The position numbers and the translations under genes are program-made. This document shows, in pieces, positions 10,976 through 24,164 of a DNA stretch of 64,000 bases. Numbering within the stretch: the stretch's first letter is position 1; each line of letters starts with the position of its first letter. The DNA is from Hydrolagus affinis (lineage: Eukaryota), in assembly GCA_012026655.1 (NCBI GenBank), contig JAAILG010001045.1:1-64000 (forward strand), in the 5' to 3' direction. The notes below the pieces were generated by a model. That model was not told the origin of the DNA. It was given only the letters and a program-made list of their open reading frames with translations, and searched no databases.

Positions 10976-12489
10976 ACTACCCTTCCAGATTCCTTCACCC
11001 GCATAACACAAATTTGCTGAGCATATTCACATATATCCTTAAATGTCTATTTGCAGGATATATTCACTTATATGCTGAAAAGTGTCTTAAGATGTCCCAT
11101 GAAAGGTGCTCCACCAAATACTGTATAAGGATTATTATTGTCATTAATTGACAGAGGTGCCTGCCTTTCTTCTCAAAGCTTTATAGCGAAGGTGATATCT
11201 TTTATTTTTTTTTAAAAAATTCAGTGCATTTTCAGTAATTATCTGTCAAAACATTTTGTTTTCATGTTCACTACTTTCCTACTAAATATGCAAAAGAGGT
11301 TTTACAATTAATTATATTTGTGTCTGGATCATGTTTTGTTTGCCACATCAGAGTCCAAAAGGTTTCACTAGAATGAGATGTTTCAAATGCTTATCGCACA
11401 CATTAGTGCTGTACTTGGGAGCGATACACCATTTCGGTAGGAAGCACACAGAGTTTGTGTGAGAAATATATAGCACTTGCATGTGGATGCCAGAATCTAT
11501 ATGAGAAGTTAGGCAAATGCCCATTACCAGCACAGCTTGTCCCTGTCTCAAAATAAAATTGGACATTCACTCTGTAGCTGTTTTGTGGGACATTGCCTTG
11601 CAAATTGACAAATTAGCTATTGTGTTTGCCTACAAATACAGTCACTACACATTACAACAACAAACAACAACTAATTACAGTAGTATAATGACTTTCACAT
11701 CAGGAGATTGTCCTGTATATCCTGTGAAGCCCTTGATTATGCACCCGACATGCTCCCTCACAATCAACTGCAAAGATGATTAAATATCAGTTGGTTGGAC
11801 TACTATAGGGGTAACACAGACCATTCAATGCCTGTACGTACAGAAGTGAATAGAAGCTTTCATTCCATCAATTTCAGTTGGATTGAAACACAGTATCCAT
11901 ATGTACAGAAGGTGACATTGAAACATCCAGAAACAGGAGAGGCAAAAAGAAAAGCAATTAAATCCATTTTGATATAATATTAAACTTATTTAATAAGAAA
12001 ATGACCTTTGAAAGAAACATTAGCCATTTACCACAACTAAAAAAATTCTTATCCAAGTAGTATTATCTATTAAAATGTCAACAGAATTGTAACATTCTTT
12101 GACAAGGTGCAGTCTAATATATGTTGATTGTCACCTAGACAGAAACAAGAGGCAGACAGAAAAGACGCAAGTGACTGCTAGTAATCTCTAGACAGAGGTT
12201 GTCTCCATGCCAGTCACTATGTCCAAACTGAAGAGCTGATATTCTGCAGATGTCCCCTCAGTAGCGGTTCTTTCCAGTAACTGGCAGCATTATACACCAT
12301 TACACTTCCAACACAATATACAGTACTCCTGGAGTTCTCAGGGTCAATATCATATACTACCAGTTACTAGAAGATTTTATTTGTGCCCAGTGCTCCCATT
12401 ATGAATCGCTGACAATGTAGACTTCACCATTAATTTCTCACACCAGCCACCCCATGGCTTCATTGAGTGAATTAGTGGTAAGAAAAGAA

Positions 12490-12635
12490 TGGCTTTATGC
12501 CGACTAAAAGCTGATTAAGACAATCCCAAATGCATTTCATGAACAATCTTTATACATAACAGGCAGGAGTCTTTCATTTCATCAATCTTAGCTGGATTCA
12601 AACTGAGGTTCCAGAGATGAAAGGCCAGTGTTCAG
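12490..12635 (-). mobile_element. LF-SINE-like ancient SINE relic
   Basis: Reverse complement ggcctttcatctctggaacctcagtttgaatccagc..gaaagactcc..tgaaatg resembles recalled LF-SINE 5' region. Confidence 0.45.
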
Positions 12636-12703
12636 TGATGTTTCATAGCACTAATTTTATTAATATCTGTTGAAAGTAAATCTCTTTTCATTTCAAATTG
12701 TAC

Positions 12704-12800
12704 CTTCATCACTCGACCCACTTTCCCACGACATGCAGCTCACGTCTTGCAACTGAGATTCTCTGCTGCAATTTATGGATGCTAATATGGAATATATTTC
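12704..12800 (-). other. Candidate exon (97 nt)
   Basis: Acceptor gtcttttcag|G, donor AAG|gtacaa; one open frame EIYSILASINCSRESQLQDVSCMSWESGSSDE. Confidence 0.3.
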
Positions 12801-15009
12801 CTGAAAAGACTTCGACCAGGATTAAGTTAAACCATCAACCAACATCTGTCAGTGTTTGAAACAGACATCACAGAGACATGAACACTTTGTGCTGGGTGTT
12901 GATGACTCACGGAGATGTAAGTTTGTGTTAGCCACGTGTAAACGCGTGTGCACAGAAGAAATTGCAATCACGTAGCTAACAATCAGTGCATCAACCTTTT
13001 GCTTACAAGTACTCAGTCATTACCTGTGACAGCAATTACCCGAGAAGCACTTTGTGACGTTTAATGTTAATAGAGCTGTATCAAACACAAGGATTATTAT
13101 TAGTTATCATTATAATTAAAAGGGTCACAGGTTATTTTCTATTCCTTCACATTGGTTATTCATTACATAAATAAAGGTACTTGTGTGCATTTGCATATGG
13201 TTAACCTAACCTACAAATCCCATGGCGAACAACTCGAATACAGTACCTGCATTGGTCCCACATCATTATTCAGCTTTGTCTCATGAGCACTGTGTGGTGT
13301 CAGCTTGAGATTCATACTGTGATCACTGCCATGCTTCTTATATCCAAATGGTTTTGTTTCTTGCAGCCCAGAGAATAAGTTAGATTTGTGTGACTAGCGT
13401 TATTTTGAGGGCACTTAAACCGAGCCAGTTAAAAGCAGCATCCCCCGCAAAAATACACAGCAAAAGAGGAAAACATTTTTTGGTATTACGGGACTTCATT
13501 AAAAAATCAGAACTGAGATTTAAAGGAAAAATAATAGGCTCAGCGTGCAGGACTGCAGCCCACACAGATGAAAGCAAGGAACTCAATATGAGCTTTTCTG
13601 TGCAAAACTACTCAATTTTTATTAATCACTTAAATCCATGAATAGTAATCATTGGAGGTTTCAGAAAGAAAAGCCACAGCAAACCATTTTTAATTATGTT
13701 TTAAAATTAATGGTATACAATAAAGCCGTTGGCTGTATTGCTATTCAATTGATGGGGCATGTGAATAAAAACAATTAATAAAAAAAAGGCAACCTTTAAC
13801 AAAAAGAAGCACTGCTCCTTTACATGGAGAACTTATTCTGACCTATTTATTTCTCACAAACAAAACCCTGAAGGTGTGTTTGTATTTTCATTTCAGCCTA
13901 AAAACATAGCCATGCTGATTATACACTATTTTCATTTTAAAGCTATAGAGATTGAGAGTCTGCTATTGTCACCCATTTATTTATCTTGTTTTAAAGGAGC
14001 TCAAAATTAAATATAAAATGTTCCTGTATTAAATTAGCATTAATTTGCTCAGAGCAGAAGTATAGGCACTGAACACGTGTTGTGTACACAAACACTGAAT
14101 TGCAGCTCATTAATGACAGGATGTTTGAGTGGAGCCTACACAACTCACACTCACTGTGAGTTCTTGGCTCCCTGCCACCCATGGAATGACTGACATTGAG
14201 TATCTGTGGTTTGTATCCTGAATGCATTTGCTCAGTGCATCGTTTAGGATTTTCCCCACACCACTATTCTTCAGTACATCATAAGATCACTCGTAACATC
14301 AAATTAATCGGCCAGTATGTTTACTGTTTATTCCTGATTTCTTTATTCCAAACTTAATATGATCTGAAACAAGCGGGACTTTTCCAGGTTGATTTCCACA
14401 TCTTTGTGATATGAGTTTATTTTGGAACCTGAACCGCTGAACCTCAGCAGATACCCTCTTGTCTGGACCTCACTCTCTTTCAGTTTGATATTGGAATGGT
14501 CTCTACACCTATGTTCTTGAAAGGATATCACTGGCCTCAGCTCTGACCTTGTGTTAACTCCTTTTATGATTATACTTCTCAGATGTGTCTTCCATGGTGG
14601 TCTTAATAAAGCTATAAAAAGCTAAAATGGCATTTTATCGATTTGGGTTATTTTTTAAAAGTCAGATTTTGAAGGTTTGGGATGATGGGAGTTCTGAGCA
14701 ATGTTTTGCTTAATCTCTCAATACTGTATTTTGTTCCTAATAACTATGCATATCAACGTTTGTTTAAATGAGCAAAAGCACAGTGTTTGTTCCCAGCGTT
14801 CTAGGAGCCTATTCAACAATGGATGTGGGGAGCACTCAATTCTCTCCTCACGCAATTTCCATCTCCTTGATTTTTGCAGCAATGGTTTCCTGATCGTGAT
14901 CCAGTCTACGATCATTCAATGATCTTCCTCCTTCTCCTAGCCTAGAGGTTTGAGAGGAATTACAGTACCCCCTTTGCCTCATTCTCTCTACTTCAGATCA
15001 TTTTAGTGT

Positions 15010-15335
15010 TAGCTGAGTTGGTACCACTTTCATCTCTGAGTCAGAAGGTCGTGGCTTCATGCCTCAAGTCATGATTTCAGTCCAGCCTATCTCTTCATTG
15101 TCATGCCAAAAGTGCTTTTTCTTTGGATGAAACATTAAATACCACAATGCAAGTTAAAAGGGAAAGGAGTTTCTCTTTGTATCCTGGCCAACAATCCTCC
15201 ACATTAATTGGTCATTCACCTCATGGCTGTTTGTTGCAACAAATGGCTTCTGCATTTGCCAACCAAAGCACATGGCAATACTTCTGGTAAAGCGGTTTAA
15301 AATGTTTTAATCATTAAAAAGCATTCTAAATGAAA
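15010..15335 (+). mobile_element. Deu-domain SINE, degraded
   Basis: Head gctgagttggtaccactttcatctctgagtcagaagg, core tttggatgaaacattaaa, tcctggccaaca. Confidence 0.7.
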
Positions 15336-15779
15336 CATCTTCTTCAACTTAGTAATGACTATGAACTGAATCAATGACTTTTGAGTCTGTTTGATACCAG
15401 TTAATGTCATTAAAAATTAAGCCATCAGAGCTACTGACTAGCCTTTATTTATTTATCAGAGTTCTTGTAGCTGAAGAATATCAATTACAGCTGTATTTGA
15501 TATAGCTTTGTTACAGTGACGCCATACTAAAGGAAATATGACTATTATTTCCACTGGCATTTCTCCACACGCTGCAAAGTTTCCAATTGTATACATTTTA
15601 TTGGCAAATTAAATATGATCAGCTTCTATATGTTACACAAAGAGTATCATAGACTATAAATGGTTCAGTATGTGTATTTTCAGTATGTCATGTTGGTGTG
15701 TTTCTATTATGAAACATCTGCCTTACACAATTTAATGCATGATACCATGTCTTTCTATCTTGGTATACTGTTGTATTTG

Positions 15780-15780
<1 letters not shown>

Positions 15781-15819
<39 letters not shown>

Positions 15820-15975
15820 GCATTTGATATAGCGCTTTTCACAACTTCTAGACGTCTCAAAGCGCTTCACAGAATATACTGTAAAATGAATTGACTGTAT
15901 ATTTGTGGGTGAAACACAGCAGCCAATTATGCATAGCAGTGTCCCACAAACAGTCGTGGATTGAAATGACCAATT
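15781..15975 (-). mobile_element. tRNA-derived SINE 3' half with (ATT)n tail
   Basis: High similarity to the 7503 copy; long (ATA)n run on plus strand. Confidence 0.9.
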
Positions 15976-16199
15976 TAAAAACATTTTTTAGGGATTATTA
16001 TTATCAAATCAGTCAGAACCTTTGACAGGTAAATAATTTTAATAAAAAAACTTAATATACAACAATAACAACCACAAAGTTACTTTTGTATAGTGCCTTT
16101 CACGTTGGGAGGACGTCCCAAGGTATTGTATAATATAATGTGTGAAAATGTTATGAACAATACGCGATTTCTGAATATTAGGTGTTGAAAACAAAAACA

Positions 16200-17152
16200 A
16201 CCCAAAGGCGTTGATCTCCATCATTCATCACTGACTCCATGCACTCCCCACCCCCACCAAACTACCTTTGTCCTCAATTCAAATGGCAACTGCGAAGAGG
16301 TCCTAGACTTCTTTGTGTCAAAGATAAAAAATATCCACTTGGCTGCATCCTCCTCTCCTATGTCCCTACCCTTACCCCCAAGACCATCTACACCATATCC
16401 TCCTTCCACCATGGCCCACTGCCCTCTTCCTATACTCCTTTGCTCCAATTACTCAACAACAACAATTCAAATTTATGTAGCAACCTTCATGCGGGATAGC
16501 ACGCATCTCCCTCTCAACCAGCATCTCCCTGATGAAACTCACCACCTGCTGACTCGATCCCCTCCTCACCCAGTTGCTGATCACCCAACTCCCCCTCTTC
16601 TCTCCGCCGTGTTCAACACAGCCGCCTATGCCATCCCCCTCCACCAACTCTCCTTCCTCATCCACGTTAGTGGCTCAATTCCTACGTAACTAACCATCTC
16701 CATTTCATCTCAGCAAATGGTTTTTCCTCTCTTCACTCTTGTCAGGCTCCACTGGCTCCCTATTCACCAAATAGATCAATTTCAAGATCGTCAGACTAGT
16801 TTTCAAATCCCTTCCTGCCTGGCACCTCCCTTCCCATCCAATTTGCTTACCATCGAACCCACTATCCATTGCCTCCTCTTGACTGGCTCCAACATTCTGC
16901 ATGTCCATTGTGCCCTCCCTTCCACCATCAGTGGCTGCACTTTCAGCCACTATGCCCCGAAACTATGGAAAATTCTTCTTGTGTCCAACTGTTTTTACCC
17001 TTTCCTTCTCCATCTTCAGTTCATGCCTGAAGACCTTTTACTTCGACCATGCCAAGAGCCATCTTCTTTCCCCCCAACTCAGAGTCATACTCTGCCACTG
17101 TCAAGCACTCTGAGGCACGCCCCTGTGTGAGGGGAGCTATATGTTGTTGTTC
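16200..17152 (+). mobile_element. L2 LINE, internally deleted
   Basis: CEEVLDFFVSKI-like and MKLTTC.LDP segments joined to LHWLPI..FKI 3' region and tail. Confidence 0.85.
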
Positions 17153-17807
17153 TTGGGGGTCACAAATTTCACCCCAATGTGCCTTACAGTTTGGATTATT
17201 TTCAGTGTATAACACATTCAGTATATAATACTTTCTAAGTACTGTATATCATATATCTTCCACAATCTAATGCTTATATATCTTCAGTGCATTACAGCAT
17301 TTGATGGAAAGAGAATCTCCCTGCTATGAACTGTAGAGTTTATTCTGCAAACCATTATATTAATATTTAATTTGAATTCAGCTGTGCGACGTTTTCAGTC
17401 ATTACAGCACTGTTTATATGTTTGCGCCCCAAATCATCAGATGTTACTATGGCTAAAAGTACTTTGTTATCTGATAGCTAATTCTAAAGTTACATTGAAA
17501 TGATTTTTTTTGGTCAGCCAGTTTCTAACACATGTCAAGTTCAACCCTGACCAACCTGACTGAGATACCTAAGAGTATCAAAATGAAACTGGGAGATCTA
17601 CATATGTACGGACTTATGCAAGGAAATTTCCCTGTATCTGGAATGGAATTCACACTCTCTCCCAAGCAATGCATCCTGATTACATAATTCTACAGACGAT
17701 TAAGTGTAGGTTGGCAAGAGCTCAAGTGTGGGGCTACCATGTGTGTGTTGGTGTACTACTGGAGTTTAAACAGTTAAAATCAAATAGCTTGTCATTGAAA
17801 TCTATTG

Positions 17808-18116
17808 ATTTCCAGCTTGCTTCATGTCCCCTGCTTCACCATTAGGCGGGCCTCAAGCCATTCTGCTTCCATCCTCTGGAACTCCATTCCGCATTCCCTC
17901 CACCTTGCTCCATCCCTCGCCTCCTTCAAGACCCACCTCAAGGCCTTCCTCTTTGATTATGTAATCTTCAATCAACCTCTTAACCCACTGCCCTCTAACC
18001 TCCCCAAACCCTACCCCAAGGTCGGGTCCAGAATACTCTATGTCAGCGCCTTGGGACATCCTCCCGATGTGAAAGGCGCTATAAAAAATGTAATTGCGTT
18101 GTTGTTATTGTTGTTA
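17808..18116 (+). mobile_element. L2 LINE 3' end
   Basis: LWNSIP..LASFKTHLKAFLF plus intact tail AGCGCCTTGGGACATCCTCCCGATGTGAAAGGCGCT. Confidence 0.92.
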
Positions 18117-18254
18117 TAATGTACAACAAGTGTAAACTCAATAACATACAACATACAAAATAACCACACCTTAAAGTTAAGGATAAAAAATATTTGAGTT
18201 AGAAACATAAATTTCTCTTCCCCATACTTCTAATTGAAACAATTTATGTAATGT

Positions 18255-18470
18255 CAACCTGATTCAGTGGTAATACTTGCATATCTCAGTCAGAAGGCTA
18301 TGGGTTTAAACCTCATGGTGGGTCTTTGAACTCAGATATCGTGGCTGCAGTGCTGGGGGTGTGTTGCATTGTTGTAAGTGTGACTCATAAAATCAAGGTC
18401 CCATGTGCATTCTCAGGTGAATATTAAAGATCCCCCCAGGACTATTCAACAAAAAAAGATTTTCACAGTT
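18255..18470 (+). mobile_element. Deu-domain SINE, degraded
   Basis: tcagtcagaagg head, caggtgaatattaaagatccc core. Confidence 0.65.
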
Positions 18471-19014
18471 TGTGGAACATTGGTGTGCATACATTAGCTA
18501 TTATGGGCATGTGACAAATAGTCTACCATTAAAAGGCTCGTCTTGATTTGAGGCATTGTTGAGACATTCTTGTAGAACCATGTAATTTTTGGGGTGGGGG
18601 ATAAGTGTAATGAAGAATTTGCTAAACATTTAGTTTTATCTAATAAGAATATTGAGCAATGCATGGAAGTGTTGGCTGAACTTTTTAAACTTAAAGAAGC
18701 TAAAGCTGCCAGTTCTTTCACATCTGGGATTGCATGGCTCACGTGAGTATTTTTTTGTGCCTGGCACGGTAAAGTGAGTAAGCTGAATGCTCTCATTGCA
18801 GAGAAGATCATAATTGAGAGTATGACAAGCTGTGCTGGTGACATTCATTATTTTAGTATCTTGGATAAATACAGCAGCCAAATAAATCGTGAACATCTCT
18901 CAGAAAAATAGCATACAGCTGCCAGAACATTGTCACAAATTGTGAGGCGGTGAAGATCCTGTAATGTGGTTGCGTTTAGCTTCAAGGAACAGATTTTGAA
19001 AGCATATTTCACAG

Positions 19015-19068
19015 AGTTCAACAGGGCCAGATTATTCATCATCCGAGAAAATTACCATTTGTGGCCAG
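19015..19068 (+). other. Candidate 54-nt exon
   Basis: tatttcacag|AG..CAG|gttagt; frame-preserving, open in all three frames. Confidence 0.25.
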
Positions 19069-19970
19069 GTTAGTGAAGTAATCGCCTGCTGTGCATAAAT
19101 GAGCAGTAATTCTCAGCAGAAAGATTCAATTCACATCAATGAGACATGAGCAGAATTTGCACCATTTGTATGAAAGACAGGGTTGAACTTCCAAAAGCAG
19201 ATATAGATGAAGATGAGACTATGTCCGTGGTGAAATCTGAGTCTTGCCATGGATGACTATGCAAAGAATTGTTATGGATTTTTGATCTCTATTTTTTATT
19301 TACAGTGTTGATTTTCAGTGTAGGAGACACAAGTATTGACAAAGACTAAATATCAAGAGAAACACAATCATACCAATTTTTAAAGGCGTCATAGCTGCTA
19401 GCCAGCAGTACTGAATGATTTTTACAGACTGCACATTGTGTGCTTTAGGGGCGACAATCTGAGCTAGAGTTTGGTACACTATGAATCAATCAAACAGAAG
19501 GTAGGACCTGCATTTGTCCCATCTCAGAAACATTTCACATGGGTGATGAAACCCTTGCAAACCTTTGCATGTTGTCCTTGTGGACTTATTCATGTCAAAT
19601 TGACACCATGTCCTATATTAAAAAGGTAAATCACTTTGTTGCACTACCAAGGGTTAACATAGTTTTCTACTGTCATAAAGCTCAGCGAAACTGTGGTGAA
19701 AAATTCCCAAGACTAGTGCTGAACACTATGTGCATGATGGTGCAATAATTAAAGAAAGCATGACAAAGAAGAATGAACTGCGCTCCTCACTTCTGCTTTC
19801 CCACTCTGTGATTGGCAGAAACTCAGGGACAAGGAGTAGAGGTCAGTCATGTAAACTCACAAACCATACATTACCAATGTCTATTTATACTGCAGAAATA
19901 ATCAAAAAACTTCAGAGTGGATGGCATGAAGTACAATGTTCTGTTTGCAAGTGCAGTTTTTCTTCTTTAC

Positions 19971-22010
19971 ACAACAACAACAATTTCAATTTATATAGCG
20001 CCCTCCACGCCAGATGGCATCTCAGAGTGCTTCACAATAACGAATCCCGGGACTGAGCCAGGGGCAGGAGTAGAAAGGTGACCAAAGGCGTGGTCGAAGA
20101 GAAAGGTCTTCAGCTGGGACTCGAAACTGGGAAAAGAGGGACCGAGGTGAAGGGAGTGAGGAAGGGAATTCCAGAGCCTCAGGGCATAGGCATGGCCGCT
20201 GAGGGTGGAGCGGAGGATTCGGGGGACATGGAGGAGGCCAGACCCGGTGAAGTGAAGGTAACAGGTGCTGGTTTGAGGAGAGAGGAGGTCAGAGAGTTAG
20301 TGGGGTGCAGAGGAGTGGAGGAATTTGAAGGCAAGGATGAAGATCTTGAAATCGATCCTCTCGGGGACAGGGAGCCAGTGGAGACTGGCAAGGACTATTG
20401 TAATGGGGGAGTGAAGTTTGGTGTGGTTGAGAACATGGGTGGCAGAGTTCTGAATCATCTGGACTCTGTGGATTGTGGATGGGGAGACGGGCCAGGAAGG
20501 CATTGGAATAGTCCAGCCGAGAGATGACAAAGGCATGGACCAGGGTTTCAGAGGCTTTTGGGGTGAGGTATTGCCGGAGACAGGTGATCCGTCGGAGGTG
20601 GAAGAAGGTGGTGCTGGTGAGGGATTGGATGTGAGGGAGCAAGGACAGTTGGGGGTAGAACCAGACGCCTAGATTGCGCATAGGTTCGGAAAGTTTTAGG
20701 GGCAGACCGGGAAGGTGGAGGAGGTGAGAGCCATGCAAATGGAGACATTGACGAGAGCCAAAGAGTATGGCCTCCGTCTTGTCAACATTCAGCTGCAAGA
20801 AATTTGCGCTCATCTAGCTCCTGATGTCTGACGGGCAGACTGACAGAACATCAGGGGAATGGGGGTCGCAAAGTGAAGTGGAGAAATAGAGTTGGGTGTA
20901 ATCCGCATACATGTGGAAGTGTGCCCCATGTCTACGGATGACATCCCCAAGAGGGAGCGTATAGATGAGGAAGAGGAGGGGGCCAAAGATGGATCCTTGG
21001 GGTACCCCACAGGACATCGGGTGAGTGCGGGAGGAAAAACTGTTTGTGGAGATGTACTGCTGGTGGTTTGTGAGGTAGGACTCGAACCAGGCGAGTGCGG
21101 TCCCACTGAAGTGGATGACAAGAGGACAGGCAGTGGAGGAGAATGGCGTGGTCAACTGCGTAGAACGCAGCGGACAGGTCCAGGAGGATAAGGAGGCAGA
21201 GGGAGCCCTGGTCCCTCTAATAGAGAAGACACCGTTTGTGACTTTCACAAGCACAGTCTCTACACTGTGGGCAGGGCGGAAACCGGACTGGAGGGGTTGG
21301 AAGAGGGAGTGTGAGGAAAGGTGGGTGCGTGGTTTGCAACAACGCATTCGAGTGCTTTTGTAAGGAAGGGCAGATTTGAGATAGGGCTGTAGTGGCTGGG
21401 GTTTGAGGCATCTAGGGAAGGTTTTTTAAGGAGGGGGGTGATGGCAGCAGTTTCAAGGGGGGCAGGGACTAATCCTATGGAGAGGGACTGGTTGATGATG
21501 TCAACCAGCAATGGGCAGAGGAGGGGAGCTGGGTGAGCAGTAGATTGGTGGGGAGGGGGTCGAGGCAGCAGGTGGTTGGCTTCATGGCGGTGATAGTGCG
21601 TGAGAGGGAGGAAGGAGAGATGGGGGACAAGGAGTGTAGGAAGGGGGTCGAGGTAGGAGCTGATGACGGGGAGGGTGAGGGGGATGGAATGGGAGTGGTG
21701 GTGGTGGGCGACGAGAGGCAGGAGGATGACGCTGCCTGGCAGATGTTTTTTGATCTTCGAGGAGAAGAAGTCCATGGCCTCCTCGCACTTTACATTTGAA
21801 GTGAAGATTGAGGAGGCCTGAGTGGGTGCACGGAGGAGGTGGTGGGTGGTGGAAAAGAGGACTTTGGGGTTGTTATTAGCCTCCAGGATGATATAGGGAT
21901 AGTAACCCGTTCTCGCACGATACAAGGAACGGCGGTAGCTGTGGAGATCCTCGAGCCACAGTTGGTGAGACTCGTTTTCTGCCACCTGCGCTCGAGCAGC
22001 CGGGTTTGGG
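19971..22010 (-). mobile_element. L2 LINE, ~2 kb, frameshifted ORF2 reverse transcriptase remnant
   Basis: AITPLLKKPSLD..YSPISNLPFL, QSGFRPAHSVETVLVKV, GVPQGSIFGPLLFLIY, YADYTQLY, FLQLNVDKTE, LHWLPVPERIDFKI; tail (GTT)n. Confidence 0.96.
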
Positions 22011-22929
22011 ATTGAACACCTGCCTGTTTATATGAAATGTGTATATTCAGAGCAACATGAGTTGAAATGTAGATATAGGCATAATATTTGTTCTGTTTGA
22101 AACAGGTGCAGTGCAAAATGCCATAAATTTCAACCTAACAATGAAAAAGTAATAGCAAACAGCGCATTGATAAAATTCATTGTATGCAATTTTATTTTTG
22201 TAGCAGGAAGTCACATTCTTATTAGAAGATGTACTTTCATAGTGTGTGTCTGTGGGAGTTAACACATGCTAAAGATTCTTCTTGAATGGGACAATGAAAG
22301 TTCAAGATAAACCTCAGAGCCAAGGTTAACATGTGAGAAAGAGTCCATTCATTTTTGCTTATTCCATTCAGTTCAACTCAACGATAATATCTAATATTGA
22401 TAATAGGATTAAATGCTTTAAGTACTCAGTTGTATCTCTGCCAAAATGCATGTAGTCTGCTTGATCATCAATCTAACAGAGAGGTTGCTGGTGTCCAACA
22501 GATCATCTTGAGGGCAAGGTCCAAGTGGAACTTTGGCCTGTTACCATCTAGGATGTTGCAATGACCACTAAATTCCTTGCCAATATTTGAAATTAGTTCA
22601 TTCATAGAGGTCAGGCATCTAATGACATTTACTGTCATAATGCGTGAGTGGTCTGGGCTACTGAAGTCCTCTACCAGTAAGTGTCACTGCTCAACAGGAA
22701 AGCCTATGAATTTGCAGACACTGCTCATTGCCAGCAAGATTCAAATAGACATTTCCCATGGATAGCGTCACATGTGGAGACATCTCTACCTGTAACCACT
22801 TGCCACCGCTCATTCCCTCTCCTTTTTTCCATTAACATGACAACCATATTCAAAATTAACACGCACAAATTCATCATTTTGCATAAGGTGTGTGAAATTT
22901 CTTTCAACATAGAACCCTTGACATTTACA

Positions 22930-23400
22930 GCTCAGAAAAAGGTCATGCAGTCCATTGGGTCTGGCTCTTTGAAAGAGCCCTATTTACATACCTTTTTCTC
23001 ATACCTCTTCAAATTACTACTTTTTAACTATCTATCTAGTTCCCTCTTGAAATTTAATATGCATCCTGCTTTGACGACCACTCCCAGAATGATGTTCCAC
23101 CTCTCATCAACACTTTGTAAAACAATTCCTTCTAATTGTCCTCTTTTCCTCCTTGCTAATTAAAATGTATGCCTTCGAGTCACTGACTTATCAAGCAGTA
23201 AAAATAATTTGTCCTGATCTGCTCTATCAAAAGTTCTGATAAATTTAAAGTTTTCTATCTGATTTCTCCTGAACCTTCTCTATTCCAGTGAAAAGAAGAT
23301 CAGGTCTTTACTCATAGTTCAAAGTGAGCATCCTTGCCATCACGCTAGTAAATTTCTTCTACACACTTGTTATGTCTTGACAACCTTCATTAAATGTTGC
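22930..23400 (-). mobile_element. CR1 LINE 3' fragment, old
   Basis: Reverse complement contains gaatagagaaggttcaggagaaatcagatagaaaactttaaa and gaggtggaacatcattc. Confidence 0.65.
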
Positions 23401-24164
23401 AAGTAAACTATGATCATATTGAAACACCCCCCATTTGGATAGTCACAGGAAGCTGATTTTATTGTCTGAAGCATCAATTAATTAAATTTTAATCTGTCTT
23501 GAAATCACCTGTGGTGCTAAGAGGAAACCTGGAACTTTCATTTTAGAGGGACTAACTGGTCATACTGCTCCCAGTGCAATAATTCCCAGTATCCTGGCCA
23601 ACTCAGATTTTCCTTCTATCATTATTCATGTGTAAATTTTACTGACAGAAGGAAAATAACCCCACACTGTGATTTAATAAGGCAAGGCATTTGTGCTATT
23701 GTTTTAGCATCAGCTTGTCATGAGCAGAATAATAGAAACAGAAAATGTTGGAAGGCACATCAGGTCGATCAGCATCTGAACATTAAAGCTGTTAATATTT
23801 TGTGATTATTTTTGTTTCACCACACCTTTAAGCATGTTAGGGTTATTGCTCACAGTAATACTGATGAGACCTGAAGCACAGGTGTATCATCTTGCACCTA
23901 AACATCCAAGACAAACTTGACTTCAAAAAAAATTCTTACAGCAATGTTTTTATAATTTTCCTCCTAGATAGTTCCCAATTCCCATTCATTTCAATATCGG
24001 CCTGAATGGGTTATTGTCTGCAAATCTTGTTAACTGCAATTGGAAGAATCTATTCCATAGAGAATACCAGAAATCAACATCTTTCCCGGCATAGGGTTTC
24101 CTGATTCAGTAAAAGGTGCTATTTTAACATATTAAATGGCTCTCAACAAATTTATTCAGTGAAT

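Noticed and set aside
20078-21985. Long ORFs of 149-241 aa
   Set aside because: Frameshifted L2 ORF2 pieces and their antisense frames; catalytic YADD is mutated to YADY.
22681-23163. 160-aa plus-strand ORF
   Set aside because: The second half is antisense CR1; no splice or domain support.
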